Positions 33,536 through 43,686 of a stretch of DNA of 64,000 nucleotides are shown in pieces (positions within the stretch are counted from its first letter, which is position 1; each line of letters opens with the position of its first letter). A program made the position numbers and the translations under genes. The stretch is from Patescibacteria group bacterium (lineage in GTDB: Bacteria > Patescibacteriota > Patescibacteriia > Magasanikbacterales > GWA2-37-8). The notes beneath the pieces were generated by a model. The model saw nothing but the letters and a program-made list of their open reading frames with translations. It did no database searches and was not told where the DNA came from. The DNA lies in NCBI GenBank assembly GCA_041651015.1, contig JBAZKA010000002.1, forward strand, positions 70,163-134,162. The letters run 5' to 3'.

Positions 33536-34609
33536 ATGAAAACGCGAAAAATAATATTTACGGTCGGTGTGGTAGCCGTAATTTTGGTCATCATTGCCGC
33601 GGCAGTAATTATTTTATGGCCAAAGAAAAAACTTTCCGCCGAATTGAATGTTTACAATTGGACGGAGTATTTATCGCCCGAGGTCATTCTTGGATTTGAA
33701 AAAGAATATGGCGTAAAAATTAACATGCATTATTATGATGATGAATTCATCATGCTTCATGAACTGGAAAATAATCCGAATACGGATAAATACGATTTGA
33801 TTGTCGCCGGTAATTCCATCATGGGGCGGTTAATTGAATCTGATTTGCTGGCTTCAATTAATGCCAAGAATATACCGAATTTAAAAAATATTGGCAGTGA
33901 ATTTAAAGACACGATATTTAATGCTAAAAATATTTACGGAGTTCCTTATTGTTGGGGCACGACCGGCATATTGGTAAACAAAAAGTTTATTCCCAATGCC
34001 GACAGTTGGGGTGTTTTGTGGAATAAAAAGTACGCGGGTAAAATTTGCATGTTAAGCGATCCGGCCGAAGTTATCGGGGCGGCGGCCAAATATCTTGGTT
34101 TACCGCTTGTGCCACAGTCTGTGGAGCAAATGAGTCAGGTAAGAAATGTTTTGTTGACGCAGAAAAGCATCATCCGAGGATATTGCGACGATACCACTGC
34201 GTCTGACGGTGCGGTATCCGGAGAATTTTGGGCGGTGGAAGAATGGAGTGGGACGGCGGCGGACGCGATAATGCAAAATTCAGATCTGTCTTATATAATT
34301 CCCAAAGAGGGCGGAGCGAGCTGGTTTGACATGTTTGCCCTTCCGAAAAATGCCAAGAATAAATATACGGCCGAAGTTTTTCTGAATTATTTGAATCGTC
34401 CGGACGTTAACGCAAAAAATGTTGAATATGTGTTTTATGCCAGTTGTAATGAAGGGGCGAAGGAGTTTGTGAGCAAGGATATTTTGGATAATCAGATTAT
34501 TTATCCGTCAAAGGCGGTGATGAATCGTTTAGATTCTTATACTGATTTTATTGTTGATGACGAGGTGTATAAGATGCGGGATGAATTGTGGGTTGAATTA
34601 AATAGTTGA
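33536..34609 (+). CDS. spermidine/putrescine-type periplasmic substrate-binding protein (PotD/PotF family), orphan
   Basis: N-terminal signal anchor, then ELNVYNWTEY..P....FEKEYG.KIN....D.. and C-terminal features typical of PotD-type substrate-binding proteins. No permease or ATPase genes are adjacent. Confidence 0.8.
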   Translation: MKTRKIIFTVGVVAVILVIIAAAVIILWPKKKLSAELNVYNWTEYLSPEVILGFEKEYGVKINMHYYDDEFIMLHELENNPNTDKYDLIVAGNSIMGRLIESDLLASINAKNIPNLKNIGSEFKDTIFNAKNIYGVPYCWGTTGILVNKKFIPNADSWGVLWNKKYAGKICMLSDPAEVIGAAAKYLGLPLVPQSVEQMSQVRNVLLTQKSIIRGYCDDTTASDGAVSGEFWAVEEWSGTAADAIMQNSDLSYIIPKEGGASWFDMFALPKNAKNKYTAEVFLNYLNRPDVNAKNVEYVFYASCNEGAKEFVSKDILDNQIIYPSKAVMNRLDSYTDFIVDDEVYKMRDELWVELNS

Positions 34610-34698
34610 GATTATTCATATTTTGTCCTCTTCAGGATTTTAGTGTATAATATGGATAGAAGCTGCCCGATGCTCTCTGACACTGTAGCAGAATTCAT

Positions 34699-35364
34699 AT
34701 GAAAATTTTACTTGTTGAAGACGACAAAGATATTTTGGCCTTCTTGAGGGCGAGTTTGAAAACCGAGGGGTTTGTCGTGGACGCGACCGATGATGGCGAG
34801 CGCGGGATGGAAATGGCCCGCATCAATTCGTATGATTTGATAATTCTGGATTTAAATTTACCAAATAAAAATGGCGACGAAATTTGCCGAGATATTCGCG
34901 GACGCGGCAAAACGACTCCGATACTCATGCTCTCGGTGCAATCGTCTGTGAGCAATAAGGTTGACTTGTTGAATTCCGGAGCCGATGACTATGTTTGCAA
35001 GCCGTTTTCATTTGAAGAAGTGTTGGCGCGGATCAAAGCCCTTTTGCGTCGTCCCGCGGCCACATACAAAGAAACGCTTACATGCGCGGATCTGGTTATG
35101 GATTTGAACAAGAGAATAGTAAAACGGAACGGGAGGGAAATAAATTTGACCGGCAAGGAGTTTAACCTTTTAGAATATTTGTTGCGCCACAAAGGCGAAA
35201 TTGTGCCAAAGACCGCGATATTGGAAAATGTTTGGGACTCGGAAGTGGATTTATTTTCCAATGCTATTGAGACGCACGTGTTAAATTTAAGAAAAAAATT
35301 AAACCGCGCCAGTTCGGATGATTTGATTAAGACTGTTTCCGGACGCGGCTATCGCATTGGATAA
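34699..35364 (+). CDS. OmpR-family response regulator
   Basis: Receiver domain (DD...D phospho-acceptor, ILMLS, K) plus a winged-helix output (trans_reg_C). Confidence 0.9.
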   Translation: MKILLVEDDKDILAFLRASLKTEGFVVDATDDGERGMEMARINSYDLIILDLNLPNKNGDEICRDIRGRGKTTPILMLSVQSSVSNKVDLLNSGADDYVCKPFSFEEVLARIKALLRRPAATYKETLTCADLVMDLNKRIVKRNGREINLTGKEFNLLEYLLRHKGEIVPKTAILENVWDSEVDLFSNAIETHVLNLRKKLNRASSDDLIKTVSGRGYRIG

Positions 35365-35623
35365 TCAAAACAAAGGTCGGCTTTAATTCACCGTTATTAA
35401 CCCGTAGATTTTCTAGAAAAACTGGGCATTAATAATATGGACAAGCTTATCAAAAAGTTTCTAACAAGCAAGGCGGCGCGTAACGGAGTTGAATTGACTT
35501 TGTTCGTGGCTGCGGCAATGAGCGCGGGTTATCCCTGGAGAGGAACGCTCGAATAGTGCTTTTGTTTGGTTTCTGTTATCTATGAGCACTCCTTTCTAAA
35601 GAGGGAGTGCTTACTACTTTAAT

Positions 35624-37039
35624 ATGTTGAAGGAACTATATTGGAAATTTTTACGACCGAACTCTGTAGATGAGGACTTACAGAGGCGAGAATACATCTT
35701 AAATATTTTGCTTTCCTCGTCAATAATTTTGTTGATTCTCGCAAATATTATATGTTTTTTTGATCGCGTATTTTTATATAGCTCAACCCTTGAACAAAAT
35801 TCTGTGCCACCTTTTATTGTGGTTGGGTTATTATTATTTTTTGTAGGTTTATATATTTTGTCGCGCAAAAAGTTTGTCAAAATTTCGGCGGTAATATATG
35901 TGTCAGTATATTATTTTGTATCAATATATTTATCCAGTAGATATGGAATAGGGCTTGGCACCGGTCTGTTATTTTATATTTTAACAATAGTAATATCCGG
36001 AATTTTGGTCAGCGCTAAGTTTTCTTTTGTTGCCGCAGTGATTTCGTCTGTTGGGATAATGTTTATAAATATTTTTCACAACGAAGGGGTTCTTGCGCGC
36101 TTATCATATTGGGAGGGGATGAAATTGGATGGTATTGATGTTATATTATTTTCCATCGTCTTTTTCATCGTTGCCACAGTCTCATGGCTGTCCAATCGCG
36201 AAATAGAAAAATCATTGACTCGGGCGCGCAAGTCCGAAGCCGAATTAAAAGAAGAAAAAGACATGTTGGAAATTCGGGTGGAAGAAAGGACACAAGATTT
36301 GCAAAAAGCGCAGATGGAAAGATTGGTACAATTATCCCGCTTCGCGGAAATGGGGCGTTTGTCCGTGGGTTTGTTTCACGATTTGGTCAGTCCGTTAACG
36401 GCTGTTTCTCTTGGCGTGGAACGCATCAAAAATACACAAACCTCGAGTGAGGGATGTCATTTGATTGAAGCGGATTTGGAGCGGGTATTAAAAACCACCG
36501 AACGCATCGGTAAATTTATTACTTCTGTACGCAAGCAAATTTCCGGCAACCAAACCCGAGAAATATTTTCAGTAAATCAGGAAATCAAAGACGCGATTCA
36601 ACTCATGGCTTATCCGGCGCGCCAAGCCGACGTTTCAATCATCTTTTCCGAAAATAAAAATATTGAGACCGCCGGCAGTCCGATTAGGTTCAGCCAGATG
36701 ATTGTCAATTTAATTTCCAATGCCGTGGATTCTTTCCCACCGATGAATCCGGCCGAGCTGGGGCGCGTCAGTCGCGAGATTGTCATTCGTTTGGCCGAGG
36801 ACGCGGGCCAAATTATGTTGTCCATTGGCGATAATGGACGCGGGATTTCGGCGGACATTCAAGATAAAATTTTTGAACCGTTTTTTACCACCAAAGATTC
36901 CAAGCATGGCACCGGCGTGGGCTTGTCCATGGTCAAAAGCGTGGCCGAAATAGATTTCCACGGTAAAGTTATGTTTGAGAGCGAGGAAAATAAAGGCACA
37001 AAATTTATCATTACATTTCCAAAAGATCTAAAAATTTGA
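35624..37039 (+). CDS. sensor histidine kinase (membrane, five or six TM)
   Basis: Polytopic N-terminal region, coiled coil, H-box HDLVSPLTAV, and N/G1/G2 boxes (NLISNAVDS, DNGRGI, GTGVGLS). Confidence 0.85.
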   Translation: MLKELYWKFLRPNSVDEDLQRREYILNILLSSSIILLILANIICFFDRVFLYSSTLEQNSVPPFIVVGLLLFFVGLYILSRKKFVKISAVIYVSVYYFVSIYLSSRYGIGLGTGLLFYILTIVISGILVSAKFSFVAAVISSVGIMFINIFHNEGVLARLSYWEGMKLDGIDVILFSIVFFIVATVSWLSNREIEKSLTRARKSEAELKEEKDMLEIRVEERTQDLQKAQMERLVQLSRFAEMGRLSVGLFHDLVSPLTAVSLGVERIKNTQTSSEGCHLIEADLERVLKTTERIGKFITSVRKQISGNQTREIFSVNQEIKDAIQLMAYPARQADVSIIFSENKNIETAGSPIRFSQMIVNLISNAVDSFPPMNPAELGRVSREIVIRLAEDAGQIMLSIGDNGRGISADIQDKIFEPFFTTKDSKHGTGVGLSMVKSVAEIDFHGKVMFESEENKGTKFIITFPKDLKI

Positions 37040-38871
37040 ATATGAACAATATCGCGAATAGACTGTCTAACGCGCAAATGCCGAGTGGCGCATTCGCGGG
37101 CAACGACGGTCAAGAATCGGTGATTATTACGGCCGGCATCTTATTGTTTTTGAATCGGTTGTCGGATGATGGTGATATCGCGCGAATAAAGAAAGGCGCG
37201 GGAAGTTGGCTTTTGAGCAAGAGAAATGAACAATGGTTGGTGGATAAAAATTTGGGTGTGAATTTTTTGGCGTTGACAGCGGTTTTTGAAAACGACAAAA
37301 ATATTTTTGATGGCACGGCTTTGGCAAAAATTTTAGTGGCGCTGTCCTCGTCCGAAGCCAAAGAAGGCGGGCCGTATTTTTCCGAACTTAATAGCGAAAA
37401 TAAAAAAATTGATTTGGGTGTTAATGCCGCTATCGCGCGGTTTTTGTTTTTGCACGAGGTGGAACTGCCGGAATTGACCGGGCTATTTGCCACGGCGATG
37501 GAAACCAAAGTTTTTTCATCCGAAATTTTTGCCGATGAATATTATGTAATTTATCTTCTTGCCGGATTTTATCGCGGTGAGCGCGCTGATAAGTTGTTTG
37601 AACATGTCCTTGCGCAAATTCGCGGAAGACATTTAGATTCGCCATTTGATAAATTGTTGGCGTTTGTTTCGCTCTTTCATCTTGGCGCAACGCCGGAATT
37701 GTTGCGCGAGTCGGCAGAAATACTTAATTTGGCAGAAATTTTATCCAACGATAATTTGAATCCAATAGGCGAAAAAAATTTATTTGTCACACCGGAATTA
37801 TTTTTGGCTCTTTGCATAACGGCGAATGAAACCATGGAAAAACAGGCCGGATTAATAAAAGACGAAACAAACGGCGCGCCGGATGATCAAGAAAAATTTA
37901 TTATGGAATTGATTTTAGAGAAGGCGGAAAAACGTTTTGCCAATCTCGTTGGCGGGATGAAAGAAATTGCTTGGCGCGAAATTACCAAAACTATTTCCCA
38001 AAATCCCGACCGACAGATGTCGCTCATGCCGTATTGTATGAAGCAAGCGTTGGGTAAAAACGGCCGGAAGATTTCCGATGACACAGTGGCCGAGATGGGG
38101 TTGGCTAATATTTTTTATTGGACCGCCTTTATTATTTATGATAATTTTTGGGATGTGGATGAAGAAGCCGACCCTCGGACATTACCAACCGCAAATTTAT
38201 ACGCTCGTCATTATTCAAATTTTTTCCACTCGCTCCTGCCGGAACGCACCGGTTTCAGAGAATTTTTTCGCGAGTTGATGGACAATCTGGATGCGGCTAA
38301 TACTTGGGAAACGACTTATTGCCGAACAAAAGTCGCGGGCAATCATTTTGTCGTTCCGGATTTTTTGCCGGATTACGGCGATTATGAGATGAAATACCGT
38401 CCGGCCTCCGGGCACGCGCTCGGATCCGCGGCCATGCTCTATATGCTCGGGTATAACGAAGATTCATCGGAGGTAAAAAATTTATTGGATTATTTTCGCT
38501 ACTATTTGATTGCCATGCAAATCAATGATGACGCTCATGATTGGGAGGAAGATATGGCGCGCGGACATTTAAGCACGGTGGTGGTGATGCTTTTGGAGGA
38601 CTTCAAACAAAAATATCCCGGTATCAGAGAAATTGATTTAGTTGAAGATAAAGAAAGCCTGCGTCAGATATTTTGGTTCAAGACAATTAAGCGCGCTTGC
38701 GAAACAGCCGTGCATTTTACGAATAAATCCCGTTTGGCTTTGCACACCATGAAAACACTGGAAAATTTTGCGCCACTGGAACGTTATATAGATATTACCG
38801 AGGCCGCGGCTCAAAAGGCTTTAAAAGAACAAAAAATGAGCGTGGAATTTTTAGGTGAGTTCAAGGATTAA
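37036..38871 (+). CDS. 611-aa cytoplasmic protein with isoprenoid-synthase-like Asp-rich motifs, translationally coupled to the kinase
   Basis: Its ATG overlaps the kinase stop (ATGA). The C-terminal half has YDNFWDVDEEAD and, about 140 residues later, INDDAHDWEED (DDxxD / NSE-like spacing). The N-terminal half is a helical-repeat domain. Confidence 0.5.
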   Translation: MNMNNIANRLSNAQMPSGAFAGNDGQESVIITAGILLFLNRLSDDGDIARIKKGAGSWLLSKRNEQWLVDKNLGVNFLALTAVFENDKNIFDGTALAKILVALSSSEAKEGGPYFSELNSENKKIDLGVNAAIARFLFLHEVELPELTGLFATAMETKVFSSEIFADEYYVIYLLAGFYRGERADKLFEHVLAQIRGRHLDSPFDKLLAFVSLFHLGATPELLRESAEILNLAEILSNDNLNPIGEKNLFVTPELFLALCITANETMEKQAGLIKDETNGAPDDQEKFIMELILEKAEKRFANLVGGMKEIAWREITKTISQNPDRQMSLMPYCMKQALGKNGRKISDDTVAEMGLANIFYWTAFIIYDNFWDVDEEADPRTLPTANLYARHYSNFFHSLLPERTGFREFFRELMDNLDAANTWETTYCRTKVAGNHFVVPDFLPDYGDYEMKYRPASGHALGSAAMLYMLGYNEDSSEVKNLLDYFRYYLIAMQINDDAHDWEEDMARGHLSTVVVMLLEDFKQKYPGIREIDLVEDKESLRQIFWFKTIKRACETAVHFTNKSRLALHTMKTLENFAPLERYIDITEAAAQKALKEQKMSVEFLGEFKD

Positions 38872-38887
38872 AACATAATCAACCGTA

Positions 38888-38927
38888 AAAAAATTCCGTC
38901 CCGCAGAATGCAGAACGGAATTTTTTA
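38888..38927. terminator. bidirectional rho-independent terminator
   Basis: attccgt-N15-acggaat flanked by A-run and T-run. Confidence 0.7.
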
Positions 38928-38939
38928 ATTGAATTTGTT

Positions 38940-39377
38940 TTAGTCCAAGAATTTGAATTTGTCCGCGAAATCTCCGATGAACGGCAGTTTTTCTTTTTTG
39001 CCGTTGGCCGCATTGATAATGCCGATGATGGCAAAGACCAAAGTGGCGAGACCAAGCAAGCTGAAAAGCCATGACCAAGTCAAAATATAATACCAAGGAA
39101 TCATGGCGCGAATAATCCAAAGGATGGCTGAAACAGCAAAAATTAAAAATCCTTGTTTGACGTGGAATCTGACAAAAGGATCCTTTTTTGCGTCGGTCAA
39201 AAGCGGAATAAAGAATAAAATGTAAGCGACAATGGCCATGCCGGTGTTCGGCTCTCCATTCGCCGGAGCGGGTGAAGTCGGTTGGGGCGCCACCGGTGTC
39301 GGCGTCGGTTGTTGAGGCGTCATCGGCGGCACGGGTGTGCTTACCGGCGCCACCGGTTGATTATTCTGCTCGTCCAT
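38940..39377 (-). CDS. DUF4870-like membrane protein with a Pro/Thr-rich N-terminus
   Basis: YILFFIPLLT...KDPFVRFHVKQG.L is the DUF4870 pattern. Confidence 0.6.
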   Translation of the reverse strand: MDEQNNQPVAPVSTPVPPMTPQQPTPTPVAPQPTSPAPANGEPNTGMAIVAYILFFIPLLTDAKKDPFVRFHVKQGFLIFAVSAILWIIRAMIPWYYILTWSWLFSLLGLATLVFAIIGIINAANGKKEKLPFIGDFADKFKFLD

Positions 39378-39409
39378 AGTAGTTTCAATAAATTAATTAA
39401 AAATCAAAA

Positions 39410-40057
39410 TTATTGATGAGAATTTCCTTGCTCGGCGTTGATAACAATAGCGGTAATGACTTGCTCGTCCTTGTTAAAGCCGATGGTGTAGGTGAAATTA
39501 TCTTTTTGCGCCATGATGGACGCGGCCTCGTTTTGTTGGATGTTGGTAATAATTTTCATGCCGCGATTTTCCATTTCTTTGGCAATGGAACCGGCGTCTG
39601 ATACGGCCACAAGTTTGGGCAAAGTATATTGAAAGATGCCAGAGCCGCTGTTCATGCCCATATAGCCACTGACAAAACTTGAGAGTTTGTAATCATCGTA
39701 GACTGCCTTGATGATTCCGCCGACTTCATCAGCAATGGCCTTGTGCGTGCTGTCGCCGATTTCTTGATTTTCAGCATTGGCAAAAATTTCAGCCGGTGTT
39801 AATTCTTTACCCTCATCGCCGGAGTTTTCGTTATTCATCATTTGGCCTCCAGCTTCAATGCCCAAGTTTTTGAGCATGTTTTGAGCGGTTCGGTCTGCGC
39901 GCCAGCGCGAAAAGGCCGTGTATCCAATGCCGATAACCAGAATCGCGGCAATGGCAATTATAAGGGCTGTTTTATTATTATTTCCGCCTGTTGGAGTTGT
40001 GGTTGGTGTGCTCGGCGCCACTGGAGCGGAGGGCGTCGGATTTACGTTATTTTCCAT
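39410..40057 (-). CDS. hypothetical membrane-anchored protein
   Basis: Pro/Thr-rich N-terminus, one TM segment, then a soluble domain. No family recognised. Confidence 0.5.
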   Translation of the reverse strand: MENNVNPTPSAPVAPSTPTTTPTGGNNNKTALIIAIAAILVIGIGYTAFSRWRADRTAQNMLKNLGIEAGGQMMNNENSGDEGKELTPAEIFANAENQEIGDSTHKAIADEVGGIIKAVYDDYKLSSFVSGYMGMNSGSGIFQYTLPKLVAVSDAGSIAKEMENRGMKIITNIQQNEAASIMAQKDNFTYTIGFNKDEQVITAIVINAEQGNSHQ

Positions 40058-40148
40058 ATTTATTCAAAATTTGCCTCGGCTTACGCGCCGATGTGTGGTT
40101 ATATTAGCACGGGATTAGTTAAGGCGCAAGAAGCGTGGCGGTCTGAGC

Positions 40149-40176
40149 TTGACATATTTTTATTTTATGTTATATT
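40149..40176 (+). promoter_or_regulatory. promoter of rpsF-ssb-rpsR
   Basis: TTGACA, 16-nt spacer, TATATT. Confidence 0.5.
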
Positions 40177-40233
40177 AGATGCGCTAAATCGGCGATACCA
40201 ATGGTAAAGCCTAATGATGTATATTTTTTTGTT

Positions 40234-40833
40234 ATGAATAAATACGAGTTATTGTTGGTCCTGCCGGGCACCTTGGATGAAAAGGAAGCGGCGGCGAAAA
40301 CTGACGAAGTGGTGGCGCTCATCAAAGAAGTTGGGCAAGAAGCGGAATTAAAAGTAATGGGGAAAAATCGTTTGGCCTATCCAATTCAACAGGTACGCTA
40401 TGGTTATTTTTACACGATAATTTTTTCCGCTGATACTGAAAATATTAAAAAAATTGAGACAAAATTACGCTTGACTCGCGGTTTGCTTCGCGCCATTGTC
40501 GCACGCTACAACAAAGCTTTGGACGGAGCGGAAAACACCGCTCGTCTGACTGGCATGACGGCGCACGTTGAGGCGGAAGAAGCTGAAAACAACGACGTGG
40601 TGGCCGTGGTGGAAACAGCCGAGCCGGAAGTTGAGATCTCCGAGCCGGTGAGCGTCGCTGAAGCACCGGCGGCAACTGTTGAAACAGAGCCAATGGATGA
40701 GACGCCGGCGGTTGAAGAGGAAAAAGAGGAAAAGAAAGAGGAAAAAAAATCAACCAAAGCCCCTGTTATGGATTTGAAAGAGATTGATAAAAAGTTGGAT
40801 GAGATTCTGGCTGATGATAATTTAAATATATAA
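40234..40833 (+). CDS. rpsF: 30S ribosomal protein S6 with a long acidic C-terminal tail
   Basis: MNKYELLLVL...KNRLAYPI S6 core, followed by about 90 residues of E/A/V-rich tail. Confidence 0.85.
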   Translation: MNKYELLLVLPGTLDEKEAAAKTDEVVALIKEVGQEAELKVMGKNRLAYPIQQVRYGYFYTIIFSADTENIKKIETKLRLTRGLLRAIVARYNKALDGAENTARLTGMTAHVEAEEAENNDVVAVVETAEPEVEISEPVSVAEAPAATVETEPMDETPAVEEEKEEKKEEKKSTKAPVMDLKEIDKKLDEILADDNLNI

Positions 40834-40865
40834 TTTGACCTGTTAAATTATTTTAATTATTTAAT

Positions 40866-41297
40866 ATGGATCTCAATCGCGTGATGTTAATCGGCAACAT
40901 GACCCGAGACCCGGAAGTGCGCGCCACTCCGACCGGTCGTTCGGTTGCTTCGTTCAGCATCGCCACCAATCGCGTCTGGACAGATGCCAACGGCCAGAAA
41001 CAAAAACAAGCTGAATTTCACAATGTGGTATTTTGGGCCAAACTTGCGGATATTTGCGGTCAGTATTTGAAGAAAGGCCAGAAAATTTACGTGGAAGGCC
41101 GCTTGCAAACACGCGAATGGACCGGACAAGACGGCATTAAACGCTATCGCACGGAAATTATCGGAGAGAATATGATTATGTTGTCTTCGCGCCAAGGTGG
41201 TCCGGCGGGCGACAGTTCCGGCATCCCGTCGTATGCTGAAGAGGCGCCGCAAGAAACGGCTGAAGAAGTAATAAAGGTTGAAGATATTCCATTTTAA
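40866..41297 (+). CDS. ssb: single-stranded DNA-binding protein
   Basis: OB-fold (VMLIGNMTRDPEVR...FHNVVFWAKLA) and a C-terminal acidic DIPF tip. Confidence 0.9.
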   Translation: MDLNRVMLIGNMTRDPEVRATPTGRSVASFSIATNRVWTDANGQKQKQAEFHNVVFWAKLADICGQYLKKGQKIYVEGRLQTREWTGQDGIKRYRTEIIGENMIMLSSRQGGPAGDSSGIPSYAEEAPQETAEEVIKVEDIPF

Positions 41298-41306
41298 TAA
41301 ACAATT

Positions 41307-41531
41307 ATGCTTTCATCGAAAGAACAACTGCAAAAAGGTTGTCTGTATTGCGCCAACCAACGAACCGTGGTGGATTATAAAGACATTGCCAGCTTGCGCC
41401 GTTTCGTCTCTTCATATATGAAGATTGCTCCGCGCCGCCGCTCGGGACTTTGCGCCAAACATCAGCGCCAAGTGTCCAGCGCCATCAAGCGCGCGCGCCA
41501 GGCCTCGCTCATGCCTTTCATGCCCAAGTAA
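41307..41531 (+). CDS. rpsR: 30S ribosomal protein S18
   Basis: CLYCANQRTVVDYKDIASLRRFVSSYMKIAPRRRSGLCAKHQRQVSSAIKRARQASLMPF. Confidence 0.9.
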   Translation: MLSSKEQLQKGCLYCANQRTVVDYKDIASLRRFVSSYMKIAPRRRSGLCAKHQRQVSSAIKRARQASLMPFMPK

Positions 41532-41605
41532 TTTGTGTAGGGTTTAATCTATTTTCAAACACGGCGCACTATATTGGTGCGTCGTGTGTTGTTAAATAAT
41601 ATTTT

Positions 41606-42634
41606 ATGCTGTGGTCGGATTTAAAAAATAATCCTCGTCTCAAAAAATATTATGATACGCGGATAAATATTACAAAATTAATTCGCGAATTTTTTTGGTC
41701 GCAAAATTTTCTGGAAGCGGAAACTCCGATTGCCGCGCGTTTGCCCGGGCAAGAGCCGTATTTGAATCCAATTCCGGTTGATTTTCACGAACCAAATGGC
41801 GCGGCCGCAAAAATGTATTTGCAGACTTCGCCGGAATTTGCCTTGAAAAAATTGTTGGCTGCGGGTTATGAAAAGATTTTTCAAATTTTCAAATGTTTTC
41901 GCGATTACGAACAGTTTGGCGGTAATCACAATACTGAATTTACGATGATTGAATGGTATCGCGCGCCCGGAACACTGGAAAATATTATGGATGATACGGA
42001 AAATTTATTTAAGTATGTGGCGGAAAAGTTGAAAATTTTTGTCGTTGAATATAAAGATAAAAAAGTAAATATAACGGGCGAGTGGGAGAGGATGACCATG
42101 CGCGAAGTCTGGAAAATATATGCCGGCGTTGAGTTGAATGATTATTTGACGAATGAAAAAATGGCCGAGCTCGTACACGAGCGCGGGCTCGTGGCGGACG
42201 CGAATGATGAATATGAGGATTTGTTTTACAAAATATTTTTGAACGAGATTGAAACAAATCTTGGGATGGAAAAACCGATTATGATTTATGATTATCCCGA
42301 GCAAATGTGTTCGCTTTCGCGATTGTCAAAAAATGACCCGCGCTATGCCGAGCGATTTGAACTGTATATTGGCGGGTTGGAATTGGCGAATGCCTTTGGC
42401 GAACTGACGGACGCGGTGGATCAAAAGAAACGGCTGGAAGCGGACAAGTTAAAACGTGAACAACTCGGCAAAGAGACGTGGCCGGTTGATCCGGATTTTA
42501 TAAACGCGATCAAAGAGTTGGACAATGCGCCGGCTGCCGGAACTGCGCTCGGCATTGACCGCATGGCTATGCTTTTTACCGGCGCGAACGACATTAACGA
42601 AGTGATTTTTCAGGCCATGGGGGATGAAAGATGA
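41606..42634 (+). CDS. epmA: EF-P lysyl-ligase EpmA/PoxA (class II LysRS catalytic-domain paralog)
   Basis: Class II aaRS motifs (FRDYEQ..H..EFTMIEWY; GG.ELANAF.EL; GTALGIDRMAM) without an anticodon-binding domain. Confidence 0.75.
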   Translation: MLWSDLKNNPRLKKYYDTRINITKLIREFFWSQNFLEAETPIAARLPGQEPYLNPIPVDFHEPNGAAAKMYLQTSPEFALKKLLAAGYEKIFQIFKCFRDYEQFGGNHNTEFTMIEWYRAPGTLENIMDDTENLFKYVAEKLKIFVVEYKDKKVNITGEWERMTMREVWKIYAGVELNDYLTNEKMAELVHERGLVADANDEYEDLFYKIFLNEIETNLGMEKPIMIYDYPEQMCSLSRLSKNDPRYAERFELYIGGLELANAFGELTDAVDQKKRLEADKLKREQLGKETWPVDPDFINAIKELDNAPAAGTALGIDRMAMLFTGANDINEVIFQAMGDER

Positions 42635-42675
42635 TTTTGTGCTATAATAAATTGAGTTAGCCAGTCGTTTGTGCT

Positions 42676-43170
42676 ATGTCTTTCCTTCGTTCTAAAATTA
42701 GTAAGATAAATTTGTCCGTCATTGAGTCGGGTATTATTTATTTTGTTATTTATGGATTTATCGGCTGGTTGATTGACTCAATGTATCGTTCTTTTGAAGC
42801 CGGTCAAATTATTTTTGGCGGAATGTTTCTAAGTTTTTATTGGCCCATTCCGTTTGCCCCGATTTACGGATTCGGCGCGTTGATTTTGATTGCATTCAAA
42901 AAAGTTTTATGGAACAAGAATCCGTTTTTGGTCGTGCCGGCTGTCGGTATTATCCTTACCGCGGTGGAATATTTGGGCGGGGAATTTACTCTGGCGGTTT
43001 TACAGCATCGCGCTTGGGATTATTCAAAAAATTTTTTAAACTTTCGCGGGCATATAGATTTGCTCAACGGGCTTTGTTGGATGGCTTTGGGCTGGGCGTT
43101 TGTTAAGTTTATACATCCGGCGGTGGAAATATTAGCAAAAAGAATTTTGACGCGGCTTCATGGAAATTGA
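42676..43170 (+). CDS. small polytopic membrane protein (DUF1113-like putative ABC-transporter type IV family?)
   Basis: 164 aa, four TM segments, IYGFG motif. The promoter TGTGCTATAAT directly abuts it (short or leaderless 5' end). Confidence 0.4.
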   Translation: MSFLRSKISKINLSVIESGIIYFVIYGFIGWLIDSMYRSFEAGQIIFGGMFLSFYWPIPFAPIYGFGALILIAFKKVLWNKNPFLVVPAVGIILTAVEYLGGEFTLAVLQHRAWDYSKNFLNFRGHIDLLNGLCWMALGWAFVKFIHPAVEILAKRILTRLHGN

Positions 43171-43245
43171 TTATTCCACAGCTGGCGGGGATTTAAAAAA
43201 TCCCCCGGGAGTTCCCCGAGGGATTTTGATGATTTATAAAATTTT

Positions 43246-43638
43246 TTAGCTCAAAATTTCGTAAACATTACTCACGTCGGCGTCAAATGAGTCGGGGAGT
43301 TTACTCACGGCCTTGGCGCGGTTGGCCGACACCAGAAATAGATCCACATTGATCGGATCTTTTTTTGCGCCAAAAATATTTTTGTATTCTTCCTCTTTTT
43401 CCGGTTTGACGTCGGTCAGAATTAAAAAATGTCTAGTCTTGTCCTTGTCGTTAAATTCCATAATTTGTACATGGTGAAAAAACGACTCGGCCTCGTTGGT
43501 GTCTTTGCAGGCGGTAAATAAATCACGCCAAATATTTTTTAAATCTTTGATGGCGGGTAATACCTCAACTTTTGGTTCAAATTGTTCCGGCTCGCCTTCC
43601 TCGGTTGGCGTATCCGGATGAAACGATGCTTCATTCAT
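43246..43638 (-). CDS. hypothetical acidic protein
   Basis: ORF with no recognised family. Confidence 0.45.
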   Translation of the reverse strand: MNEASFHPDTPTEEGEPEQFEPKVEVLPAIKDLKNIWRDLFTACKDTNEAESFFHHVQIMEFNDKDKTRHFLILTDVKPEKEEEYKNIFGAKKDPINVDLFLVSANRAKAVSKLPDSFDADVSNVYEILS

Positions 43639-43686
43639 ATAAATTGCATTTTAAACTAAAATTATTATTTTGTAAACAAAAAAAGA

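Noticed and set aside
35437-35556. 39-aa ORF (MDKLIKKFLTSKAARNGVELTLFVAAAMSAGYPWRGTLE) between the response regulator and the histidine kinase
   Set aside because: It has no recognisable SD and is short. It could be real, but there is nothing beyond an open frame.
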